From the NCBI GenBank assembly GCA_035221665.1, contig CM069156.1, positions 23,994,001 through 24,058,000 on the forward strand: 64,000 nucleotides of DNA. Direction: 5' to 3'. This DNA is from Okamejei kenojei. Its lineage: Eukaryota. A model generated the notes under the pieces. It was not told the origin of the DNA. It worked only from the letters and a program-made list of their open reading frames with translations, and did not search any database. Shown one piece after another: positions 46,501 through 59,477 of this stretch; positions within the stretch are counted from its first letter, which is position 1, and the number at the start of each line of letters is the position of its first letter. Both the position numbers and the translations under genes were made by a program.

Positions 46501-47733
46501 GGGTTTAGGCATCACTGGCGCGATGTGTTGTGGATGGACTGAATCGATGTGATTTATTGCGAAGCTGGGTTTCAAAGGGCCCCAGCCTGGTTCGGACGCC
46601 AGCGTGTTTCAGGCGGGTGAATCAGCTCAGTGGGGAGTGGTTGTGTATGTGTGGGGAGGGCGGTAGGAGTGGGACGTGGAGGAGGCTCCCGACTTTCACG
46701 TCCTCTACAAGGCACCAAAGATGGTGTACAGCCGGCGAGGTATCTTTACTTTGGGCGGGGCGGTGTGTACCCCAGCGTTTGAGCAGCAAGATCCCACGGC
46801 GAGGCTGGGGTGTGGGCAGAGCAACGGCCCCGGCGGGGGTGAGGATTGCAGGGAGCGGCGCTCTCGGTTCGCCCAGTCCCGGGAAGGCCGCACCTGGCGT
46901 GGAGTCCGCGGGCAGAGGCAGCTGAAACAGCGGATCTGGTGCCGGAGGTCAGTGGGAACGCGAGAGGGTGGGTGGGGTTTAATGTGTTGGCATTGCCTCG
47001 GGGACCAGCCGATGCAGGTCTGGTCGGTGGGTGAGACGAGGAAGCAGAGTTTTTTTATCTCAGGCGGGACAATGGGAACCGGTTGGCAGATGTGACAAGA
47101 GGTGATGTCGAGACGGAGGCGGCGAGCAGACGGCTCACAGTAGGTGCTGCTGCTGCTAATTCACACCAGGTATTGGTCGCCCAGGGCACGCTCTGCGGTG
47201 GCGATGCTCCATATTCACAACATTTGTCCCCGCTCATCCATTACAACAGGAACAAAAGCAGTGAGGTTGCTGCCACGGAGGGAACCTCCCCGCTGACAGC
47301 GACCCCGACCCTGAACAAACAATGTATCTGTACAGTTAGTGACCCTCACCCTGAACGGACGGGGAGGGGCGGGTGCAGCTGGGCCCGAGGTTGTGCCCAA
47401 CACTGGTGCCTGGCGCTGGACAGTGTTGTAGGTGCTGATCCAACTCCACCACCTGCCTCCGGCCACAGGCACAGGGCCCAGGCTGGCGAGCCCCAGTTGC
47501 CTGATGCCCTGTGCCCAGCACCACCAGGTCTGGGCAGGCAGCCCAACATACTGGCTCTGGGAGGGGGACATGTCTATATTTTGTATTGGATGTGTGTGGA
47601 GCTGGTGCCTTACATTCTCGGATGTCTCCCGAGGAATGTTTTATGGTGCTGAGTTGCACGGCGTAGTGTTGGTTGAGATGTGATGTTGGTGATGAATGTT
47701 CCTCTGTCGTGGTGATGAATGGTGAGGAGCCTG

Positions 47734-47735
<2 letters not shown>

Positions 47736-47797
<62 letters not shown>

Positions 47798-47817
47798 GCG
47801 TGTGTGTGTGTGTGTGT
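47736..47817. repeat. (GT)n microsatellite
   Basis: About 40 GT units. Confidence 0.97.
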
Positions 47818-48509
47818 AATCTCTAGTCTGCCCAGCATTGGCACAGGCTGGAAAAGTGAACGAGGAGCCAGTCCTGGGGTGTTGACTCGTATCCCGGTGG
47901 GCTTGAGGTTTGGAATGACTCTCACACTTCCTGTTGTGCAGAACACTCTGTTCTTTTAGCTAAAGACTTGTTGGCAGATCAGGTCTCTGGCTGGACGAAT
48001 CCACTTCACATTCCAGAGAGATTTCAGCTGTCTGTTTGCAGTCACTGGTTACACCCTCTGCTACACACGCACCACTCTTGCTCCTCTGTCGTGTTTACAT
48101 CAACAATGCATCAGGATAGTGCGTGCAGAAAATCATGTTCAGATCAGCTGGTGTGTGTGTGTCAAGCCGTATGTACCAACTCCAACGCGAGTGCGGTGTT
48201 TGTCCCTGATCCTCTCCTTGCCAGATGGCGCGTCAATGGGATTGTAATCGAGTTCATGGAAACAGGCCATTCGGCTCACCGTGTTAATGCCAAGCAGTGG
48301 GCTCCTAAATGTCCCAGCACTTGACCCGTCACCTTGAATGCATGGGCGATTCAGGTGGTATCCATGTACCTAAAAGCTGTCAGTGACTCTGCTTCCAGCA
48401 TTCTCTCTACCAGTCTGGAGAAGGGTCTCGTCCCGAAACGTCACCCATCCATTCTCTCCAGAGATGCTGCCTGTCCCGCTGAGTTACTCCAGCATTTTAC
48501 ATAGATACA

Positions 48510-50440
48510 TAGACAATAGGTGCTGTAGGCCATTCGGCCCTTCAAGCCAGCACCGCCATTCAACGTGATCATGGCTGATCATCCACAATCGGTACCCCGT
48601 TCCTGCCTTCTCTCCATACCCCTTGATTCCTCGAGCCCTAAGAGCTCGAACTCTCTTTTAAAGCCATTCAGTGAATCGGCCTCCACAGATATTTTTGTGA
48701 CTCTCTCTAGCAGTGTCTTCCAAGCACTCACCATTCTCTAAACGAAGAAGGCCCCCCTCACACCTCTTCTGAATTTTGACCCCTTACCCCAAATCTATAT
48801 CCCCTAGTTTTATCTGTCTCTGACATGGGAATGTTTGCTTCTTCTTTCGTGTGGCGTGCACAGCCTAAAGTTATTGGACAACTTGTTCTATTTGATCTTC
48901 CGTTTGTGCACGTCGAGTTGATTGTATTAGTCGAAACAGGGCGGACCACGTGAAGGTTGCAATCTTCCACCCCGGAATGTTTGCTGCATTCTACCCTTTT
49001 TATACCTCTCATATTTTATATGAATCAGTCATGCCCCTCTTAACCGCCTCTGCTCTTGGGAGAACAGACCCAACCTCTCCAGGCTCCCCATGATGGAAAC
49101 ATTCCATCCTGGCAACATCCTGGTCAATCTCCTCTGTGCCCTCTCTGTCACTATTTCATCTTTCCTGTTGTGTGATGACTTTATAAAACATTGGTCAGAT
49201 GAAATTGAACATTGGTCAGTTTTATAAAGTTGGAGCATAAACTCCCTGCTCTTGCATTAAATCCCCAACTAACGAAGGCCAGCATCCCATATGCCTTCCC
49301 AGCCATGTTATCAAACTGCACTGCCATCTTCAAGGACCTTTGCACTTGAAATTCTTCCTCTCCACGCCCTGGGACCCTGTCATCCACGGAGTCTGCCCTG
49401 GCCTCACTAGTGATCAAAATACATCACGGCAGGTTTGTGAACTTGCTGATCATCCACATCATGTATATATATTACAAACTGCAAAGGATCCCAGCACTGA
49501 TCCTAATGGAAGACCACTAGTTATAAACATGCAATCGCAAGAAGAATCCTCTAACATCACCCTACATTTCCTATTGCAAACAAATCAATTCTGGATCTAA
49601 GTTGCCAACTATCCCTGGATCCTAGAGCCCTGACATTATATAACACTTAATGCCCCATCCTCATCAATACACTTTGTTACCCCCATCAGGAAATGCAATT
49701 AACTTGGCCTGACAAGATCTGGCCATGTCTGATTTCTCTGTGTTTCCATGTAATCATTAATCCTTTCCCACTGAATATTTTCCAATAAAATCCCTCCTAT
49801 GATATTAGGTTTACCTTTTTCCTGTGTTCTTCTTATCAAGGAGGACCACATTTATCATCCTCTTGTAATCTGGTACCTCATGCGAGTCCAGCCAAGTTGT
49901 GAAAATCTCAGCCAGAGCCGCAGCAGTCACTTTGTTGTCTCACATAGCAGCTCAGGATGAATCTCATCCGGCCCTGGGATTTAAGCCCATTGAGGCGTTG
50001 AGCATCTCCTCTTTATTAATTCCACAAGAATTTCACCTGCACTGAATCCTTTATGAATACCATCGAAAAGTATTCATTTATGACCCTGCCTCTACCATAT
50101 GGCTCCATGTACACCATTGTCACTGGTGTCCATAATGGGCCTAACTCTTTCCTTGGTTATTCTTTTATCCTCAGTATACTGATAAAGCACCTTTGAATTT
50201 ACATTAATCCTGTACTTATCTGATTTTTTTGTGACCATTGTTTCGCTAAGTGTGTATTTAAGTGCCCCCCTACACCATTTTATACTGGGCTCATCTGACT
50301 AGTTCCCAACACTTGGCACGTGCTGCCATTTTCTCTCTATCTAGCCCTCAATATCCCTTGATATCCAGATTCCCGTGTACATGCCACCCCTGGCTTTCAG
50401 TCTCAGAACACATTGGCCCTGAACTCTCACTGGTTCTCCT
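48510..50440 (-). mobile_element. Degenerate CR1-like LINE fragments
   Basis: KAYGMLAF, MLQLYK and ERAQRRLTRMLPG...LERLGLFS. Confidence 0.7.
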
Positions 50441-53400
50441 TTTAGGTAGTGAATTTGGGGTGTGTTCCTGCAAGGCCTACATGGCTGTGCTGGTTGTTTC
50501 CACTAGGTTGCCCTCACTAGTGGGTCTGTGGGGGTATTTGAGCAGGTCTTGTCAGTCAGTTCCTTGTCCTCTGCTCACACTACCTTTTACATCCCTTGTA
50601 GGTTTATACAAAACCCTATTCATAAGCCGGTGCAGCAACACGTGTTCCCTTTAGCCTCTATCCACATTGTGCTTCTACAGGTGCATGTTCACTCTTTATG
50701 ATGAGTCTGTGATGTGTTTGCAATAGATCTTGTACACACTTGAAAGATGATTATAGAGAATGCAGTCACACTAGCTGTTGGGTATGTGGTACCAGACCTG
50801 TGCACTGTGTGCTAGAAAGATTTAAAGAGATATGGGCCAAACATATGCACGTGGCACTAGCTTAGATAAGACATCTTGGTCAGCATGGGCTAGTTGGGCT
50901 GAATTGCCTGGTTCCATTACTTCTTGGAGTATATTTCATCATTTTCCAAGGGCAGATGAGTCTAGAATTGGAGGGCGCAAGTTGAAAGTGGGAGTGGAGA
51001 ATTTTAAAGGAGATTCGAGTGGCAACACTTTCACAAAGATGGTGGTGGTTATCATAACGGAATCAAGGGATGTGAGGAGAAAGCAGGAATGGGGTACTGA
51101 TTCTGGATGATCAGGTATGATCATATTGAATAGCAGTGCTGGCTCGAAGGACCGAATTGCCTACTCCTGCTCCTATTATCTATGTTTACATAACGCTGCC
51201 AGGGGAAGTGGCTGAGGCAGGTAGAAAAACAGCATTTAAAATACATTTGGACGTGCATGGATATGAAAGGTTTAGAGGTAAGTGGGCCAAGCGCTGCAAA
51301 ACCGGACTAGCATAAACAGGCATCGCAGCCAGCATAGACGAGGTGGGCCAAAGAGCCTGTTTCTGTGCTGTACGGCTCTGTGATTCCATGCTGGTGTGAA
51401 CTGACTGTGTTGGTACTGATCCCTGTTCACTAGACTGGCCTATGTGTGGTGTCCCGGTGCACACCTTGTTCACACTCCTCCTCTTTCACGATGTGTCTCT
51501 GTGTTTGCACCAGGCTCTGTCACACTTGCCGTGTGTTTGCGGCATCTGTATCCAAAGTGCTCAGGCATGACCGTACTCTGACCTTTGCCCGACGGTCATG
51601 ACCCCCGTCAGCCGCTTGTTCTTTCCCCAATGGTTTACCGCTGCTGTGACAAACTTGCCAAGTGATAGGTGGGTAAGGGGTTTGATTGGCAGATGAGTCC
51701 AGTGAGGGGGGGGGGGGGGGGGGGGGGGGTGGAAATAGAGACCAAGTTTGAAAGGCGTTGTGGCAGGGCAGGGAGGGGGAGCAGTGTTGGAGGAAAAGGG
51801 TGGGATGTAGGCAATTTCTGCGGAAAGTGAGTAGGGACAGTTTTCTGGTGAGGGTGAGGGTGGATAAACAATGATGGGTGAGCTTGGAGGGGGCAGCATC
51901 TGGGAGAGATTGGGCCCAACTGGTAGCTGAGTGCTCGCAGTGAAGGGTGGGGGGTGGGCAGTGTTTTTTTCAGCGGTTGTATTTTGTGGGGGCGGGGGTC
52001 CCTGTTGGGGAAGGGAGGTCTCTCTACGGTGAAGAGGGGTCTCTCGACGGGGCGGGTGGTCTCTCGACGGGGGAGGGCCGTCTCTGGTGGACAGGGGTCT
52101 GGGTGATTTCACGTACACGAGGAGCGAGGCGGAGGGGCCGGGACCTGTCCATACGTTGCTCCGGTGGAAAGACTTGATTCACAGAACAGTAAGAGTTTAA
52201 GTGCTGTGAGATCGGGTCAGCACGTAAACTTTTACAGTTGAGAGAGGCAAGTCACACTGTCACTGAGCCGGACAACAGGCGGAGACCCGGCCCGGACACC
52301 AAACACGGCCGCTGCCCAGACAACAGGCCGAAGCCTGCACACTGACCCGACTGCAGTCCGGACACCGGGAACGATCGCAGTTCGACGGCACAGGTAGGAG
52401 ATACGGTCCAGGAAAGCAGCAGCACTCGTCCCATCGCACATCCCCAGGGGCGGACAGGGTGAAGCTCCATCCACAACGTCCCCTCACATACTCCGCAACC
52501 TCCGATAATGGTGAGAACGGGGATAGAAAGAGATTTTACTTTTCGAAAGGTTATGGACATTTGTCTTGAATTACAGGCTGTGAGGTCGCAGAGCGGGGCT
52601 GCGAGAGCTGTGCGTTTGCAGAGGCTGGGATCTACAGCAAAATACAAAGTGCTGGAGCAACTCAGCGGGTCAGGCAGCAACTGTGGTAGTCACGGACAGA
52701 CGACGTTTCAGTCGATACCGTTCTCCGGACGGATTGAAAGAGTCAGCCGCAGTTATGATGCCGACCGTCCCCTTCCCCCCTTCCCCGCGCACCGTTCAAT
52801 CCCCGCACACAGAGCAGAGTGGACCTACACCAGGACGCGCATCCACCCGATCACCGCCGATGCTCAGAGCTGGTGCAGTCTCCTCGGTGTGGTTGGACCG
52901 CATCTGGGTTTGGTGTGACCACCTCTCCCTGTGCTGGGACCACGTCTTCGCGAGGGGAGATCACCTCTCCATGGGAGGGACCACCTCTCTTTGTGGTGAG
53001 GCCATCTCTGGGTGTGGTGGAAGGGGGTGGGGGCACCTCTCGGTTGACGGGGCCACCTCTCTTCTGTGATGGGACCATCTCTAGGTGTACTGGACCACCT
53101 CTAGGTTTGGTGAGACCATCTCTCGGAAGAAAGGTCTGAAGAAAGGTCTCGACCCTAAACGTAACCTATCCATGTTCTCCAGAGATGCTACTTGAGGAAC
53201 TCTCGCACGTTGTATCCCTTTCCACCTCTCGGTATGATAGGATTGCCTCTCGTGGTCGGACTGCCCCTCGGTGTCGTGGAATCACCTCTCGGTCTGCCTC
53301 TGGGTGGGAGCGTCCCAGACCCCTGCAGGCCCGAGTTCCTGGAGGAGCCCAGGGAGGATTCCCCTGTCTTCATCCCGGCGGTGGTGGTGGCGGCGGCTGG

Positions 53401-53567
53401 GGTCAGCTGGCACCACAGGGGCTCTCACCCGACAGTGTGGTTGGTGGCCAGTGACGGAGGATGGGTCCACTGCACAGTTATCGGCAGTGAGATGGCGCAA
53501 CCCAGGTCAGTCTCTCATCGTCTCCAGGGAGGGACTCCACGATTTTCTGGAGAATCTGTGCATCTGT

Positions 53568-53617
<50 letters not shown>

Positions 53618-53759
53618 GGGGGGGGGGGAGAGCATACTGTGGTCTGAATACATACATTGTCTGAAGGAGGGTCTCGACCCGAAATGTCAAATATTCATTT
53701 CCCCCAGAGAAGCTGTCTGACCCTCTGAGTCACTCCAGCCTTATGTGTCTATCTTCATA

Positions 53760-54720
53760 CTATACCTGATATTGGGCGATAAGGCTGGTCAAGCCACAGG
53801 ATATTCAGTGGAGGAGCATATTCCCCGGGATCATAACCCCGCATGACGGTTGTGGATGAGGACCTCAGAGGAAGTGCTAAATTGTGGGAGGATAATTACA
53901 ACGGTATTAGACAGTTACTGAGAAAGTTGTTCGGAAGACTTCCATTGTAAATCCACATTTGACATGTGGGACCCTCATTAATACCAGGCGGGTGGCATTC
54001 AGGGCCAGCATGTTCCTGAGAAGATAAAAGATAGAGATAGTAAGCTTGGTTGACAAAATACGTTGTAAGTTTAGTCAAAAAGGAATGAGAAATGTATATA
54101 AGGTTTAGCAGTTGAAATCGAACAAGGCCCTTGAGGTGTATAAAGGAAGCAGGAAATAAGTAAGGTATCATGAGGGCTGGATGGAACATGACATGTGCTT
54201 GTCAAGTGGAATTAAGGAATATCTCACGGCATCTTATACATGTATTATAAGCGACAGGGTAGCTAGGGAGAGGGCAAATTCATTCAAGGACCAAGGAGAT
54301 GAAATAATACAGTTAATGACAGGACCCTCGGAAGCAGGGGGATGTACAGGGGGATCTTGGGGTCCGCGAATGTGGAAACACAGTTGGCCGGGGTACAGAA
54401 TGTATACAGCATGCTTGCCTTCATCGGTTGGGTCATTAAGTTGAAATGTTAGCAAATCATTTCGCATAATGTTGTTGAATTGTTGAAAACAATTTTGAAT
54501 AGGTCACGTTTGGAGTGTCGTGTGCAGTTCTGCTTGCTCTATTACAGAAAGGATGTGAAGGCTTTGGAAAAGGCGCAGCCGAAGTTCGCCAGGATGTTAT
54601 CTGTATTAGAGGGTATTCGCTATAATGGGAGGTTGGACAAACACGGATTGTTTCCTCTGGAGCGTTGGAGCTTGAGGGGAGAGCTGGTAGAAGTTTATAA
54701 AATTATCAGGGCATCACAAA
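53760..54720 (+). mobile_element. Degenerate CR1-like LINE fragment
   Basis: RSRLECRVQFC...DVKALEKAQPKFARML...LRGELVEVYKII. Confidence 0.75.
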
Positions 54721-55620
54721 CATTCACAACCTTTCTCCCTTTCTGACTAAAACTTGAAAAGCTAGAATCCAAAGATGGACACAAAACGCTGGAGTAACTC
54801 AGCAAGACAGGCAGCATCTCTGGAGGGAAGGAATGGGTGACGTTTCTTCAGACTGAGAAGGGTCTCGACCCGAAACATCACCCATTCCTTCCCTCCAGAG
54901 ACGATGCCTGTCTCGCTGAGTTACTCCAGTTTTGGGTGTCCATCTTCGGTTTAAACCAGCATCTGCAATTCCTTCCTGCACAAAAGCTAGAGGCCATTGC
55001 TTTAGGGTGAGAGAGATAGATTAAAAATATGTGGGGCAACATGTGGGGTTTTTACACACAGACGGAGTGGTGGGTGCCTGGAATGCGCTGCCATTGGAGG
55101 CCGGTGTGTAAGTGATGTTTAAGAAGCAATTAGACGGACAATTACACAAGGGAAAGAGGAATATAATAGAAAAGTTGGAAGATTGTCTTAGATTAGATTG
55201 TTATCGTGTTCGGTATAGACATTGTGGGCCAAAGGGCCTGTCCCTGTGAAATACTGTTCAACGTTCTATGTTCCATCCATCCCCATCCCCCTTTTCTTTT
55301 CCCATCCATCCAAACCTTCTCTCCCCTCCCCTGCACTCGTCCCTTCTCCTCTCCCACTCCATCAATCTGTCCCCGTCCATTTGTCCTTCCTCTCCTCTCC
55401 CCCCCCATCAAGCCCCTCTCCTGCATAAACCTTATCTCCTCTCCCCCCCCTCCCAACCAATCTACCTCTCCCCTCCCCTCCTTCATCCATCGCTCCTACC
55501 ATTCCACTTTCATATCCCCCCCTCCCCCCCCCCCCACTTCATCCACCTACTCTCCCCAGGAATGGAGGGTGTGTTCCCGTGGCCAGGCCCGGTGGGGTCG
55601 GGACGGACTCCCTGGCTCAG

Positions 55621-55679
55621 CGACCATGGCTGTAGACTGTTACCACCCCGGACTCACAGTAACGATCTAAAGCCACGGT
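55621..55679 (-). ncRNA. mir-132: pre-miR-132
   Basis: The minus strand reads 5p ACCGUGGCUUUAGAUCGUUACU (55679-55658) and 3p UAACAGUCUACAGCCAUGGUCG (55642-55621), the canonical miR-132-3p. The arms pair, there is an apical UGUG, and a CNNC lies ~16 nt downstream. Confidence 0.97.
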
Positions 55680-56732
55680 CTCCGTGGGCAGGGCTGCTCA
55701 AGTCTCCCACTGCCTGGCCCAGGGCGGGTCACCTGAACCGCACAGTGACTGCGCTTCCCACATCACTATATCACCAACCGAACCTCTCACCCCATACACA
55801 TCCCCTCCAAACCAGGTAAGGGGTGTGGGAATGGGCGATGAACAGGGAAGGGGTGAATGATGAGATGATGCAGGTTGAGGGGAGGAATTGAGTGGAGGGA
55901 GACATTGAGGGATGGTGTGTGGGTGCGGTGTGGGCAGGGGTAGGTTGGGGAAGACAGGATGAGGGAGAGGGCGGTTGAGAATAAGACTGGCTATGTGAGA
56001 GTGTGATGGGGTGAGAATGGTGAGGGGTTGGGTAGATGGGCCGGGATAAGGGTGAGGGAGAGAGGTGGTGAGCTTGGGAGTGGCTATGTGAGTGTGGGAT
56101 GGGGTGTGGGATGTGTGAGAGCGGGGGTCGGTGCACGGGGGTGGGGATGAGGGAGCAGGTGGGTGTGGGTGCGGGACGCGAGGAAGGACGGGTGGGGAGG
56201 TGAGAGTGGGATGGCGTGGGATGATGAGGGTGTGTGTATTGTGTGGACGCGGTGGGAGGAAGAGGGATGGAAAAGGACAGGTTGAGGATGAGGGTTGGGT
56301 GAGGGAGCAGAGTGGGTGGGTGGGTGGGGGACGCGAGGAGGGGACGGTGGTGGGGAGGTTGAGAGTGGGGTGGCGTGGGGATGATGAGAATCAGGAGTGT
56401 GTATGTGTGGACGCGGTGGGAGGGTGGGGGAGGGTGGGCGGACAGGGTGAGGATGAGGGTTGGTGAGGGAGAGGGTGGGTGGGGGGGAGTGGTGGGGGTG
56501 GGGAGGTGAGAGTGGGATGGCGTGGGTGCTGATGCTTCCCATAGCACTGAGCGATGGACAGAACGGCGCATCCAAACAACATGGCGTACCCATGGCAACA
56601 CCCGGGGTAACCACGGCAACAGTACACGGTAACCAAGGTAGCGCCGCATCCCTTCCCCGCATCCCTAACGTCGGCGGCCCCGGAGCCGCGGTGTTGTGGG
56701 TGGAGGCGGTCGGGGCCGTGTCTGTGACTCCG

Positions 56733-56959
56733 NNNNNNNNNNNNNNNNNNNNNNNNNNNNNNNNNNNNNNNNNNNNNNNNNNNNNNNNNNNNNNNNNNNN
56801 NNNNNNNNNNNNNNNNNNNNNNNNNNNNNNNNNNNNNNNNNNNNNNNNNNNNNNNNNNNNNNNNNNNNNNNNNNNNNNNNNNNNNNNNNNNNNNNNNNNN
56901 NNNNNNNNNNNNNNNNNNNNNNNNNNNNNNNNNNNNNNNNNNNNNNNNNNNNNNNNNNN
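56733..56959. other. Assembly gap
   Basis: 227 N. Confidence 1.
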
Positions 56960-57254
56960 CGTGTATTGCAATAACCCGAGTGCGTCAGACACTACTACGC
57001 CGGGAGGGCGGGGAGCAAAGATGGTGTTAAAACAGCCATGCAGGTTGCTGCGGGTCAGGGCATCCAGGTTTCACGGCCGCAGGGTCCTCGGTCCGAACTA
57101 CACAGCCGGAGACACCGTGGAGTGAGGCCGGGGAAACCGGGTCCATCTGCGATTCAGCAAGACTCCACCACACAGAAGCTCGATCGCTCTACAATCAGCG
57201 CTCTTTTCATCTCACCGCTCTATAACCGACTCATCTCAAATGCCCCAAATCTCA

Positions 57255-57705
57255 GTGTGTGTGTGTGACCCGTTCCCCAGTGAGGGCCAGTGTGTGTGAC
57301 CTGTTCCCCAGTGAGGGCCAGTGTGTGTGTGACCCGTCCCCCAGTGAGGGCCAGTGTGTGTGTGACCCGTCCCCAGTTGAGGGCCCCAGTGTAGTGTGTG
57401 ACACTGTTCCCAGTGAGGGCCAGTGTGTGTGTGACCCGTTCCCCAGTGAGGGCCAGTGTGTGTGTGACCTGTTCCCCAGTGAGGGCCAGTGTGTGTGTGA
57501 CCCGTTCCCCAGTGAGGGCCAGTGTGTGTGTGACCTGGGCCATGTGTGTGTTTAGACCCCGTCCCCTCATGAGGGCCAGTAGTGTGTGTGACAGTTCTAT
57601 TGGTGATGGAGCGGCCAGTGCTGAGTGTGGACCCGTCCCCATGGAGGGGCTCAGTGTGTCCCCAGTAACCCCGTGGAGGGCCAGTGTGTGTGAGACTCTG
57701 TTCCC
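57255..57705. repeat. ~33-bp minisatellite between mir-212 and mir-132
   Basis: CCAGTGTGTGTGTGACCCGTTCCCCAGTGAGGG, about 9 good units plus degenerate ones. Confidence 0.93.
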
Positions 57706-58007
57706 AGTGATTACCTACCGGCTGTGGGTGTGGTTGACTGCTCTCGGCGTAACCGCTCCGCTCCTCCATCTCCCTGGCCCGCTGAGGCGGGGGTAGAACG
57801 GCCCGGGAGCTGTATGCGGGTCTTGGTGATGCCGGGTCGAGTCGTCCCACCCCCGTTGCATTCAGCTGCCGGTCTAGCCGCCCACGTGTGGGGATGGGGG
57901 CAGTAGACCGAGGGGGTGTTTGACTGCTCCCGGCGCCGCTCCGCTCAATGCTCTGCAGGGACGGTGTGCCCACGGCGGCTCTTCCTGCGGCTTGTGTCAG
58001 GCTCCAG

Positions 58008-58065
58008 TAGCCATGACTGTAGACTGTTACCCGGTAGCGCACAGTAATCAGTCCACAGCCAAGGT
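58008..58065 (-). ncRNA. mir-212: pre-miR-212
   Basis: 5p ACCUUGGCUGUGGACUGAUUACU (58065-58043) and 3p UAACAGUCUACAGUCAUGGCUA (58029-58008). Shares the AACAGUC seed with miR-132 and lies upstream of it, as in other vertebrates. Confidence 0.95.
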
Positions 58066-58074
58066 CCCGGCGGC

Positions 58075-58140
58075 TGACGCGCTCCCTCTGACGCAGGCGG
58101 GGGCGGGGGTGAACCGCTCGCACATCCGCGGCCTGACGCA
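58075..58140. promoter_or_regulatory. Cluster of three CRE-like motifs directly upstream of mir-212
   Basis: TGACGC at 58075, TGACGCA at 58089 and 58134, with a GC box between them; a further TGCGTCA at 56981-56987 lies between the two miRNAs. Confidence 0.7.
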
Positions 58141-59477
58141 GCGACTCTCGGCCAACCGGCGCCTCTCTACCTCCGTCACTCCCCGCTTAACCCCTCGCTT
58201 CCCACCGCCCTGCCCGCCCGCCCGCCCGCCCGGACTCCGCATTAACCCTGTAACCACCGCAGCTCACATTCCCCACCCGGACAGCGCGAAACACCGCCGG
58301 GGACCGGGGCAGCGCCGTACAACAGGGCCCCGGGGATAGCACACGGTGTGGGTGTCCTCACTGTCCGGGGCGGGAGGACAGGTTGCAGGGACGGGGTGTC
58401 CCGTGGGAAGGGGGTTGCGTTACCTGGGACTGTATTTCCACAGCCCAGGAGAGTGTGAGGAGGCTCGCTGAAAGGTCAGCGTGGTTTCAGGGTCCTCGGG
58501 CTATCGCGGGGAGGTCGTGCCCCCTCGTACCCGAGTAATCGCCGAGCATCGTAATGGCTATCTAGTTTGGGCCGTCTCCACATCCCCCTCCCACCCGCCC
58601 CCGCAGTCACAGCTCTCCATTCAACCACTCGGCCCGTCTCTGCGAACTCTGGACTACGTGGACCTTCGCAGCCCACATGTACTCCCGGAGACAACGGCGC
58701 CGTTGGAATAGTTGAAACCGGAGTGGAGTTACAGCCCGGCACGGGTACGGGCGGGTGGGTGTGTCGGCGAGATGGAGGCTTAGCCTGTCACACTGTCCCG
58801 CGACAAGTGCCGACAATGTGGGAACACGCGGCTACCCGACCCAAACCCTGGACAGTGAAGACCAGATACCGCAGAATGTGCCCGGGAGACACTCGCGTGG
58901 TTCATCCCCACTCAGTCTCGCTCAGCCCCAACCACACCAGAGCAATCCCAACTCATCCCAACCCAACCCAAACTAAACTAAACCATGCCATTCCCCAACC
59001 CCATCCACACTTGGCCATCCCAACCCAAGGCACTGCCGACACAATCCGAATTCCACGTCTCAACCCAGACACATCCGGCTTGAACCCAGGCTCTAGATCC
59101 GTGCCCACTCGCTGACATCTCAGCCCAGTTCAAATCATCCCAACTCAGAGCGAATCCCACCTCAGTCCTCGCTCCACCTCGGGCACAGCTATTGGGATCG
59201 GTCTGTCCGTCCGGATGGTGCCCGCCGCGGTGCCCACGTGTTGATGCCGAGACTCCAGCTCGGTTTTTATTTGGGGGGGGGGGGGGGGGGGGGGGAGATG
59301 CGGAGAACGAGCCGCAGTCTTACCGTAGTCCGCCGAGCAGCAACGCCGCTTACATCCGAAGGGAACACGAAGCAGACGGGATGAGTGGAAAGGCGGCGCG
59401 GCGCATCGGTGGGTCGGGTCGGGTCGGTCCGGTGTGGCTGGTGGTTACACAGGCGGCTGAGCTGCTGCCGCGGCTGC

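Noticed and set aside
47055-47237. ORF starting MSGDKC, similar to the TNFAIP1 N-terminus (MSGDTC) expected next to POLDIP2
   Set aside because: No BTB motif (e.g. LNVGG) follows, so the match is coincidental.
55560-55815. Plus-strand exon-like segment (ccccag...cag|gtaag)
   Set aside because: It is antisense to pre-miR-132 and encodes no recognisable peptide.
55771-56649. Long Pro/His-rich ORFs
   Set aside because: Product of G/T-rich low-complexity sequence with internal duplication; no domain motifs.
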